Below, piece by piece: positions 25,001 through 34,675 of a stretch of 64,000 nt of DNA. The notes under the pieces were generated by a model. That model was not told the DNA's origin and searched no databases. It saw only the letters and a list, made by a program, of their open reading frames with translations. The DNA is from Mobula hypostoma. Lineage: Eukaryota. Every line of letters starts with the position of its first letter. The stretch's first letter is position 1. The translations under genes and the position numbers were made by a program. The stretch covers positions 6,944,001 through 7,008,000 of the forward strand of contig NC_086097.1 in the NCBI RefSeq assembly GCF_963921235.1. Reading direction: 5' to 3'.

Positions 25001-26848
25001 AAGTGTCATGATTGTGGCTTGCTCATCTGTACAGCTATTGGGAAAGCTATGAAAAAAAAACAGCTTCAATTTTAATGGGATGACTGTAAATAGTTCATAT
25101 TACTTATGTATGCCACAAAATTCTGCTCAATTAATGTTACGACAATTTTGATCTTCCTACGTGATCAATTTCTCAGTTACCTACCTGAGATTCAAATTCT
25201 TTATGGTTGCCATGGAAAGATAGCTTAGATTAAAATGCCATTAGCTTTACTTTTTAGGAAAAAATGTGTTCTTGAAAACTGCCTAGTCACACGGAAAGTC
25301 TGCAAAGTTTTAACATCAGCAAGGAGGAGTGTACACTCATTGAATTAATTACCTCATTGTTGGAGTATAAAGACACCTTTATTTTGCTAATCAAAGGCTG
25401 TGCTCTAAACTGATATTGCAACAGAAGCATTCCAAGTGAATGTTATCCTTATTATCATGAAACTATCTTGCTCTTGTACTGACAGGTGTAATTAGTGTTG
25501 GGGAAATCTAATTATAGCAATTTTGTTCATTTGACAGAATGTGGGCATTGCCAGCAAGGACAGTTTGTAAAGCCTCTCTTTAATTGCCCCTGGCTCATGG
25601 AACAGTAAACAATTAATAATCATTTATTTATTTATTTTATTTTATTTATTTAAAGATATAGCACGTAACAGGCCCTTTCAGTCCAATGAGCTGCACTACC
25701 CAGCAACTCAGCCATTTAACCCTAGCCTAATCACAGGACAATTTACAATGACCAATTAACCTACTAACCGGTATTTAGACTGTGGGAGAAAATCAGAGCA
25801 CCCAGAGGAAATCTACACCCTCACAGGAAGAATATACAAACTTTCTTACAGAGGACACCAGATTTGAACTCTGAACTCCAATGCCCTGTACTGAAATAGC
25901 GTCACACTACCTGCTACGCCACTGGGTTGCAGTCTCTCTGGCGCCACATACAAATCCAAAATAGGTAAGGGGATTAATTAAAATAAGTGCTTATCGAGTA
26001 TTTTTTTTATCACTACTAAGCACAAATTGACATTATATAGTATTTTAGAAGTATTGAACATCCAGTTAAAGCATTGGATTAAGGTACAGGAACAGGTTGC
26101 TGGATTAGGCTTTCAGTCATCAAATGTATATAGTTCACATTGAACTTTCAGCCTTGGTTGAATTAACAGGGCCATTGATTGGGCTACTCAAAATGATGCA
26201 TTATCCCTGGGCTAAAATGGTTGGGGTACAATGAAGACTGGAACTACCTCCTCAGATTTGTAGGCAGTGACCTCTGCTGGAGAGTAAGAGAATGTCAGGC
26301 TCGGCTCTTAATGTCTACCGGTTGAGATTCATAAAGTGATCTGACTGAAGCTACAGGAGAAGGAAGGGAAGGGAAGCCTCGAGTTGAAGGTGATAAGCCC
26401 AACAAAAATTCTACCACGCCAAGAGATAAATCCCTGTAGGGAAAGAAGATGAGAAAACATGGAAGATGAGGGTGAAGAAGGGGACAAAAGGTCCTGTTAC
26501 CCATCAATCTATATTAGTTTTCCAGATTAAGTCCCCAGGATGACTGTGCGGATGTTTTGACCCTATTTCAGAAACTATGTCTTTAAATGCTAACATATGG
26601 TTTAAAAAATTACATTTATGAACATAGGCCTTGATTGTACAGCAACAACTATACAGCATACTTAATCTCTTTTTTTAAATCACATGACTGCTTTACAAAA
26701 TTGTTGCTACTTAATTTTTGTAATAGAAAAGATAGCAATTTTTTTACACTGTATAAATTACACAGTTGGCAGACACAATCTGTCTGGACAATAATTCACA
26801 AATATATTCTAAAAGTCCTATAAGTTGGGGGGGTCTTGGACTGCAGCG
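22080..26848 (-). other. Probable long FLRT2 3' UTR
   Basis: Mostly TE-poor. A distal U-rich block (22050-23160) has minus-strand AATAAA signals (TTTATT at ~22104 and ~22162) and a TGTATATA Pumilio-type element (22370-22377). The end point is inferred. Confidence 0.4.
23297..23570 (-). mobile_element. V-SINE (HE1-like) copy; others at ~570-805, 7180-7420, 25655-25920, 42068-42332 (minus) and 40726-41010, 53860-54125, 63185-63445 (plus)
   Basis: Recurrent V-domain core GGGTTTCC..GGGTGCTCCGGTTTCCTCCCACAGTCCAAAGA, tRNA-like head and AATAAA/TAAA-rich tail. Confidence 0.85.
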
Positions 26849-28840
26849 TCATGTGTGACATTGTTCCAAATCTGGAGCCCCACTAGTACAGAATCTGCTG
26901 TTGCTTCTGGTGTGGCAGTCTGTGTAACTAATAGCCCCATTCGGAGGATATATTGACTGCAGTCTAAAATCCTCCTTCAACATGTGTTCATTATTTAATG
27001 AGACTATATGAAAACTGGTCTCAGTCATTTCGAGAATGGTGTTGTCCTTTTTGGTCCCGGCCTCACAGTAGTCGTCTTTCCTGCGGCCGCGGTTGTACTT
27101 CCACGAGTGTGAGTCGTACTTCCCCTTTTTGTGCATGTGCCAGCAGAAGATGCCCAGCAGAGCGACCAGTATAATGAGCACTGCGCCCCCTATCAGCCCC
27201 GCCAGCAGTAACGGGGAGCTCAGTTCCTGCTGGGTGGCCTGCTCAGGGCTGGAGGGCAGGTTTGTGTTAAAAGACGGTGGCTTGGTTGTGGCCTCCGAGC
27301 AAACTGTATCATCCTCGGGGTGAAAGTTGTTCGAGGCGTCCAGTAGGACCATGCAGATTCTGTAGGTGGACCTGGGCTCCAGGTTCCGCAGGCTCAGCTG
27401 CCTGGTGTCCCCGCTGACTATCCTCTCGTGCACAATGCCGCCCACCAAACTGTGGCCCAGTTTCACCCACGTGACCCGGTACTTGGTCACTGTAAAGTCA
27501 GCCAGCCAACTGATCCGAATGCACGTGTCGTTCACAAACTGAACAGCAAGCCGCAGTGGGCCTACCGGGGGAGAGTCTGTGAATTCGTCATCACCGCCGG
27601 GCACAGGTGGGCTCGAGCCAGCGCTAAAGGGCCAGGTGGAGGTATTTGCAACAGGAGTCAAAATAGTAGAAAAGGCAGTGGGCGAGGCAGATGGCAAGGG
27701 GGCAGGGGGTATGCGGGTGGCTTTGGGAGCAGTTGTAGAAACAGGACAGGACACCAGATTCATATTCAGGTCTCGTATAGCCATGCCCCTGACTTTGTCA
27801 GGCCCCTGGCACATCAAGCCACGCACATTGATGGAGAAAGAAAGGGACTGCAGCCACTTGGTCACCCATTTTATATTGCAGTCGCAATACCACGGATTAT
27901 TCCTCAACAGAATTTGTTTCAAGCTGGTCATACCATCAAACGCTCCTTTTGCCAGCATCCGGAGCTGGTTGTTGGAAAGGTCCAGCCTCTCGAGCCGTTT
28001 CAGTTGCCTGAAGGCGGTGACCGGGATCTGACTGATCTGGTTATCCTGCAAATTCAGCTTCACCAGTCGGCCACCAGGGAGGTTCGCTGGGGGCCGGGTC
28101 AGGGAGTTCCGCACCATCGAGAGCTCAGTCAGCTGCAACAGTTGTCCTAGGGCTCCCTCGGCAATGCCCTTGTTGGCCAGGAGGTTCCCATCCAACACCA
28201 GGCGTTGAAGGAGAGTCAAGTTCTGAAATGCCAGCTCCGACACAGTGGAGATCCTGTTTTCATCCAGCCGTAGTTCTTCCAGCCCCAGTGGCAGCCCCAC
28301 TGGCACACTGCTCAAGTGGTTCCTAGACAAGAACAGGAGCTTAAGGTTAGTAGCTTCTCGGAAGGCATTGTCCTCAATGCCAACGGTCGAGATGGAATTG
28401 TCATCCAGGTGAAGCTTTTCAAGTTTCTGCAGTTGGCTGAGAGCCTCCCTGGAGACCGTCTGGATGTTATTCTCCTGCAAGTGCAGCTCCTTCACGTTTT
28501 TTGGTAGATTCACAGGGAACTCATCCAGTTCATTGCCATACAGGTATACGGTCTGAACCGAGAGCACGTTTCGCAAGTCAAGTGGAAATCCAGCATTGTT
28601 GATGACGTTGTTTTGGAGGTAGAGAATACTGGCCCCCTCTGGTATCCCAGAAGGCACTGATGTCAATTCACGGTCATTGCAGTAAACAAATTTCTTGTCG
28701 CAACGACACTCTGAAGGACAGAATTCCGCCCAAGTTATCTGTGTGTACAGTCCCAAAAGAAACATAGTCCATAAATACAATAAAGTACTCCGGTCCTTGA
28801 AACAGACTCTGGTCTGTGACACTCCCATCACTCTAACCAT
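26849..28840 (-). CDS. FLRT2: Leucine-rich repeat transmembrane protein FLRT2(-like), single coding exon
   Basis: Intact 663-aa ORF: signal peptide, LRRNT (CPSECRC..VYC), ~10 LRRs, LRRCT (NPWYCDC..GLMC), S/T/P linker, FN3 domain, TM helix (LLLAGLIGGAVLIILVALLGIFCW), FLRT cytoplasmic motif (YNRGRRKDDYCEAGTKKDNTILE) and C-terminus PDLEQCHT, which matches FLRT2 as I recall it. The second ATG (28828, gtgATGg) has the better Kozak context and may be the real start. Confidence 0.95.
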   Translation of the reverse strand: MVRVMGVSQTRVCFKDRSTLLYLWTMFLLGLYTQITWAEFCPSECRCDKKFVYCNDRELTSVPSGIPEGASILYLQNNVINNAGFPLDLRNVLSVQTVYLYGNELDEFPVNLPKNVKELHLQENNIQTVSREALSQLQKLEKLHLDDNSISTVGIEDNAFREATNLKLLFLSRNHLSSVPVGLPLGLEELRLDENRISTVSELAFQNLTLLQRLVLDGNLLANKGIAEGALGQLLQLTELSMVRNSLTRPPANLPGGRLVKLNLQDNQISQIPVTAFRQLKRLERLDLSNNQLRMLAKGAFDGMTSLKQILLRNNPWYCDCNIKWVTKWLQSLSFSINVRGLMCQGPDKVRGMAIRDLNMNLVSCPVSTTAPKATRIPPAPLPSASPTAFSTILTPVANTSTWPFSAGSSPPVPGGDDEFTDSPPVGPLRLAVQFVNDTCIRISWLADFTVTKYRVTWVKLGHSLVGGIVHERIVSGDTRQLSLRNLEPRSTYRICMVLLDASNNFHPEDDTVCSEATTKPPSFNTNLPSSPEQATQQELSSPLLLAGLIGGAVLIILVALLGIFCWHMHKKGKYDSHSWKYNRGRRKDDYCEAGTKKDNTILEMTETSFHIVSLNNEHMLKEDFRLQSIYPPNGAISYTDCHTRSNSRFCTSGAPDLEQCHT

Positions 28841-29251
28841 TAAGGAATTCTAATTGCAAAACAGCAGGCTGTTAAAAAATCCTCAAAGCCAGAGGCAGCT
28901 CCAGTTATTGTAAAGCTGGTATTTGCTTCATCCAAACAATGAGGAGCAGAGACTATATATGTGCCTGGGGAGGATAATCTTGGTGTGCACTTTCTCTTTT
29001 GCTTCAGTTCTGAGAGCAGCAATTTGTTAAGTGGAGTCGGTCCCTGCAAATTGTGCCATCTAAAGCAGGACACTCGGTGATAACTAAAGCACATCACATA
29101 CTGCTTTCCCTGGTGATTGGCAATTGGAAATTGCACATATACATGCATGCACACAGCCTAGCAGTGTTCGGTGGGTTTATTAAATCTGGAGTCCCTTCGT
29201 CACACACTGCCGTTCCAAGTCAGGAAGCCGTGTCCGTGAGCATCTAGAATC
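28841..29251 (-). promoter_or_regulatory. 5' UTR portion of the FLRT2 coding exon, beginning at a splice acceptor
   Basis: Minus strand reads gtgtttttgttttaattgtatAG|gattctagatg, with a T-rich tract and AG at 29253-29252. Contains uATGs at 29243 and 29148. Confidence 0.7.
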
Positions 29252-30159
29252 CTATACAATTAAAACAAAAACACATACAAACACAAGGAATAAATGAGCA
29301 GTTCATTTAGATTCACACACTCTTTGAGCTGCATTTTTTCAAACCTAGGGCTGCCTCTGCTGGACAAATCTATGGGCTGTCAGTATATCGTTAACTACCT
29401 TCAGCTTACTCTACGTCAGTTAATAAAACAAGACTATTAAAAATCTCGTATAGGAGAGGTAGCGCGTGAGAGAGTGCAGCAGCGAGAATCAGCCGAGATA
29501 CTGGCTAAGGTATAAGCAGTGGATGACTGGATTATCACTAGTGGCTGAATTTAGTACCAGTGAATTAAAGAAAAAAAAGATCAAATGAATCTGCATTATA
29601 AAATTCGATCAGCTTTTTTTTTAAAATAAACAACTAAACGGTAAATTGAATTACAACCACCTTCACATTCTGTCAGGATCATCATCCTCTGGCTTTAGTT
29701 CCTCGCGATTTTTGATGGCTATTCGTGCTTTAGATGGAGCCGCGCAGTCCCAGTAGTTGGTGTAGGCTGACTTGGTTCTCCACTCGGGTTGCCAGCATCA
29801 GTGTACAGCGTCCACGCTCAGCCCAGCGGCGGGTTCCGCTCTGCCAGTCTGACCATGCTTCAACACTTCCCTCTCTCTCTCCGGAGCCCCTCAAGTGCAG
29901 CCTCTGCTCTGGTGCCGCTTCTAGAGATGAGAGGATTTATACGTTAGGCAACAACAAAAAAAAAGGCTACAGCCACTTATTACCCTTTCGGTACCCCCAG
30001 CCTGTAGTGCTGGCGCGCACAGCGAAATGCCAGTAATAATGCGTCTGATCAGGCTGTTTATTGCTAATGTAAGTCTTCCCTTTCCCTTTTAAAACCCATG
30101 GGAGATGTTTACAGTAATGAATTCAGCTGACAGCGATCTCCCTCTCTCACACAGACCCT

Positions 30160-30164
<5 letters not shown>

Positions 30165-30190
<26 letters not shown>

Positions 30191-30217
30191 ATGTCTTTCT
30201 CTCTCTCTCTCTCTCCC
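30165..30217. repeat. (CT)n microsatellite
   Basis: Directly visible. Confidence 0.97.
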
Positions 30218-30636
30218 TCATGTGAGGAAGACTTCGCTCCGGCGGCAACGCTTTCCCTCGCAGGAGCGAACGCCCGACTCTCCAGTTCGCTCAGAACCCC
30301 TCTGACAAATTGTGGATTTGTTCGATAAATGATGCACTCTGGTTGATATTTTATCAACTCCCCCCCCCCTTTCATTTTTACTGACCTTGAGCCCGGACAG
30401 AAACATATGATCCCTTGCAGTGAAATAGCTGTTGGAACTATTTAAAATCTGCCTTTAGCCGTTCGGATTTTTTTTTAACCAACACTTGGCGCAAACCTTC
30501 ATCGGCAGTCAGAGACTATCTGACACTCCCTGAACTATTAAACAATCCAAACTATTAAACGGTAACATCAAAAGAAAGTTCCTAATGAATTGGACGATTG
30601 ATTTCCCCTTTTTTTGTCAATCGCTGATCATTCAAT

Positions 30637-30649
30637 AGAGGGAGGGAGA

Positions 30650-30689
<40 letters not shown>

Positions 30690-30691
30690 AG

Positions 30692-30753
<62 letters not shown>

Positions 30754-30789
30754 GGGGGAGAGCGAGAGAGAGAGAGAGAGAGAGAGAGA
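30637..30789. repeat. ~150-bp (GA)n / polypurine tract
   Basis: Directly visible; a GGGGGAGAGCGAGA interruption occurs twice. Confidence 0.97.
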
Positions 30790-31692
30790 TGTTTTACACC
30801 GACTCCACCGCAGCCGAGTCATCAATCTGCTCAAACCTTTGCGGAGACAATTAATTGCGATCGAACCAAACATTTTAGCTGCGATTTTTTTTGCAAGAGA
30901 CATGTCTGGGCTACACTAACTGCATGCGCCCGAAAGATGGACGCGCACAAGAGGGAAATATCGAACAGTTTTCTCCACAGATTTCTGACCATAATGATAG
31001 CACAGGGGGGCGATTTAGTCCCAGTCCTGGGCTTTCTCTATTATAATTCCTCCCTGGAGAGCAGCGAGTGCAGTTAAGCGATAAAGATTCTAATAGTTCT
31101 ACCTTGCACGCCGAACGGATTGTACTCAATGTTTTAAAGATCCCTGCAAAAGGCGAATTAGTCGTCAAAACTGCGGAGAATTGGATGCATCTCATTACAG
31201 AATTTGCGGCAAGTTTTTAAGGAAGCTCCTCTGCGAACAGTTTTTCAAAATCTTGCATCATCCGAAGTTATAAACTCGCGAGTTGCTCTAGTCGAAGGAA
31301 GATCTCAGTGGCTCTCCAGATAGATCCCCGCCGTGAAGCGCCGAGAATCTTCGCCTCAAGTTAGTGTTGAAATTGGGGAAACATCTGTCCTCCAGCACGA
31401 CAGCGCGCAAGCCAGAAAGGGGAGGGCGCGGGTGGGATGTCTGTGTTTTAAACAGGAATTTAAAAAAAAATCGGGGCAGCAGGGTAGCGCTAGGGTTAAC
31501 GTGTGCGCAGCGCTGACAAGTGATCCGGGCGGTGAGGTACTGGCGGCTGGGGTTCGGTGGCGGCAGATGCAGCGGGTTATAGCGAGGTGGCAGTGCAGTA
31601 CAACACGCGGGCGCTCGCCGTGCACTCAACTGGCGCGAATGGGAGGCGTTACGAACAACAGCTTTCGTAACGATTTCAATCTCACCAACTAA

Positions 31693-31719
31693 ACACACAC
31701 ACACACACACACACACACA
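31693..31719. repeat. (CA)n microsatellite
   Basis: Directly visible. Confidence 0.97.
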
Positions 31720-33369
31720 GTGCTGCACAGAGAAATAAAATACTTTGGTGGGGGGGGACTCAATACGCAGACGGGGCGAGTCTATGAGAGGACACGCACA
31801 TTAGCAGGAAGGTTAGGAAGGTTGGGGAAGGAATTTTTCTACCCCACCCCCCCATTCCACAATCGAGGATGTTGGTGAATTGTGTGCGGAGTGCTGAAGG
31901 CACTTGATTGTGAAAATGGTTTCTCCTCCTCCCCTGCCCTCTTTCAATGTTTCTTTTTCAATAAATAAACACCTAATAGGCAGCTCCGCTATGTTCGTGC
32001 TTTACCTTTTCGCTAATGATGTTGGACGCTCAGCGTTCTGTGTTGTTGAGCCGAAGCGCCCACGTTAGAAGCGGAACGCAGTGAAGAGTAGTTGGAGTAC
32101 AGTATTGGAGGCACCCCCTCTTTTGCTGGGGTTACTCAGCGAGCCAGTGTGTGAGCATGCTCCTTTAGAAAACTGCGGGAATCGAAAGGGTTACAAATGG
32201 AGCTTTAATCTCTCTTTTCCCCCCACTGGACTCTTCAAATCCCGAGAATCTCTCTGACGCCAAGAAAAAGCTGAAGTATTTGGTTGCTGGGTGGTCCTTA
32301 AATAACCTGTCACCAGTGCCACTGCTACCAAGGTCACGCCGTGGCTGGAGTTTCGACTGTGGGGCGCAGACTCCCGCAAAATCGCCTTTCGTTGCTTGAA
32401 GCCTCCCGTCTGAAAGCTGTTGAGACACAACCTCCAACCAGACTGAGGTTGCATACAACGCCACGGCTCTCTGATCAGGAAGAACGCGCTTTGTTTTTTT
32501 TAAAGGGAACAAATAAAAACAACAAAGTTTGGGGATTAAAGACGTGGGTTGTTTCTTCGTGGACCTTCAGAGGCAAGATCGGCTTCTGCCTCAGAGGAGC
32601 TGTGGTTTCTCGGAAACTTCAGACTTGGAGCCGGAGATTATCAGGCAGGAAGAGCTTCCCCTGCTAGAGGTGGCGCTTGCCTGTTGCAGGCTATATCTGT
32701 ACAAGGCAGAGGAATTCAAAAGGGTCCATGAAATGTAATACCAGGACGATAGTGGTACTATTCATCAGGAGAATGCTTGGTCGGAGTAGGCAAAGATGGA
32801 AGCATCAGTCAGTGCAAAGGAGTGCTGAGGGTGACATTGTTATAATACTCCAAAATTAAATGACCTCACCAGGACAGCTAAGGTAAGCTTACTAATATGC
32901 AAATATGATTTTGTTCTATTTTGCAACACTCATTTCAACTCCTTTCCAACTGCTGTGATTTTTGTGGTGTAACCTGCAAATTTCATGCTACACCCCTCTG
33001 CAAAAATTAATATCCCTTCTTCCTTTTGTTCCTTCTTTCACTTCACCCACCCCCAACATTGTAATTTTTCACTATTTTCTACCCTGATTTACAAATGCTC
33101 AAACCTACTCCATCTTGCAACACAATTCTTTCCACCTTTAGGTCAAGTCTGACAGGGACATGAAGGGAAATACATCCCACTTAATTGGCACCCAGTCTTA
33201 TTATTAGATTAGATTATGAGGACACTCAGTCCTCGTTTATTCTCATTTAGATATGCATGCATTAAAATGATACAATGTTCCTTCAGAAAGATATCACGGA
33301 AACTACAATCCAAAGATCTACAACCTAATTCTCCATTTCCTCTCTCACCAGCATATTCTGGCAGCTGAG

Positions 33370-33700
33370 ATATCTACAAAGTTCACTGCAGTTGGTGCTC
33401 CAACAACACCATCCAAATCTGTGGCCTCTATCACTAACAAGGACAAGGAAAGCTGCTATGTTAGAACCTCACCTTCTGCAGGTTCCCCTCTTAGTTGCAC
33501 AGCACTCTGACTTGAAACTGTCTCGCTGTTCTGTCATTATTCACTGGGTCTAATCTTGGGGCTTTTCTCTCTCATCCCACTGTCCAAGAGCACTGCAGAC
33601 TAGCAGCAACAGAGGAACAATAACATCTCAAGAAGACAGCTATCATCTTCTCAAGGCAATTGGCAGTGCTGAATAACTGCTGTCCTTGCCCCATTGATGC
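33370..33700 (+). mobile_element. Ancient L2/CR1-group LINE 3' end (related pieces at ~925-1130 and ~23190-23880)
   Basis: Degenerate match to the recalled old elasmobranch repeat tail (aaggacaagg..gttcccctc..ctgggtc..cttctcaaggcaatt). Confidence 0.5.
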
Positions 33701-34224
33701 CCAGATCTCACCAACGAGTGCTAGGAGTATTGTATTCACCTTGGGGGGTGGGGAGGGTGGTGAGTGGGGGAGAGAGAGCTGTTGTTGGTTTTAAAACCAT
33801 TGTCTTTCCCACCTCCTATCCCAACTTCCCTTCCTGCTCTTTCCAGAATCCAGTCACCTACCTTTGCTCATCCAATCACTAAGTGTTAACACCAGCATCA
33901 TTTTGCTTGCACCTTCCCATGCCCCAACCACCACCATTACAGCTTCAGGGCCTCTGATCAGCTGTTAGAAAGCAGAAAATGAATTTGAAAAGAGCAGCGC
34001 TCCAGAATAGGACCTAAAACTTGACCTTGCACTTCAAACTTAACTCAGAAAATGACATCGATAAATCCTATTCATTAGATTCAATAGGTACATTTAATGT
34101 CAGAGAATACATCCTGAAATACAATACAATATACATCCTGAAATTCTTTTTCTTCACAAACCCTATTACCCTACAATCTTCAGGTTCTTGAACTAGTGTG
34201 AGTAATTTCCATTTCAGCTAAAGC

Positions 34225-34675
34225 CCTCCCCACCATTGAGTACATCTACAAGGAAGTGCAAGAAAGCAGCATGCAGCATCAAGGATCTCCACCGTGAAGG
34301 CCATGCTCTCTTCTCGCTGCTGACATCTGGAAGGAGGTATAGGAGCCTCAGGTTCCACACCACCAGGTTCAGAAACAGTTATTACCTTTCAACCATTAGG
34401 ATCTCGAAACAGCATGGATAATTTCACTCACGTCAATGGTGAACTGACTCGACAACTTATTGACTCACTTTCAAGGACTCTACAACTCAGTATCATTTAT
34501 TTACTTTTTTATTATTTGCATGATTTGTCTTCTTTTGCACATTGACACATTGATTGTTTGTCGGTCTTGTTATTTATAGTTTTTTTTCATGAATTCTATT
34601 GTCTTTCTTTATTTTCCTGTAAATGCTTGCAAGGAAACGAATTTCAAAGTAACATATATGTACTTTGAACTTTGA
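34225..34675 (+). mobile_element. Rex1/Babar-like LINE 3' fragment (similar: 5840-6210, 41120-41585, 43230-43575, 51860-53045, and the split copy 60740-63010)
   Basis: KKAACSIKDLHREGHALFSLLTSGRRYRSLRFHTTRFRNSYY; (ACTTTGA)n tail. Confidence 0.8.

Larger units (their letters stand above)
29700..32500. promoter_or_regulatory. CpG island / probable FLRT2 promoter and first non-coding exon(s)
   Basis: Visibly CpG-dense (gcgcg, cgccg, cggcgg runs) against a CpG-poor window, free of recognisable TEs, immediately upstream of the minus-strand gene. TSS and donor site not identified. Confidence 0.7.

Noticed and set aside
27428..28150. 240-aa (and 150-aa) plus-strand ORFs
   Set aside because: Antisense shadows of the GC-rich FLRT2 CDS; no recognisable domain.
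30614..30919. ER-repeat / SL-repeat ORFs
   Set aside because: Translations of the (GA)n microsatellite; the same applies to 63381-63607.
31288..32738. Cluster of 60-146-aa ORFs on both strands
   Set aside because: Expected stop-codon depletion in a CpG island; no homology recognised.
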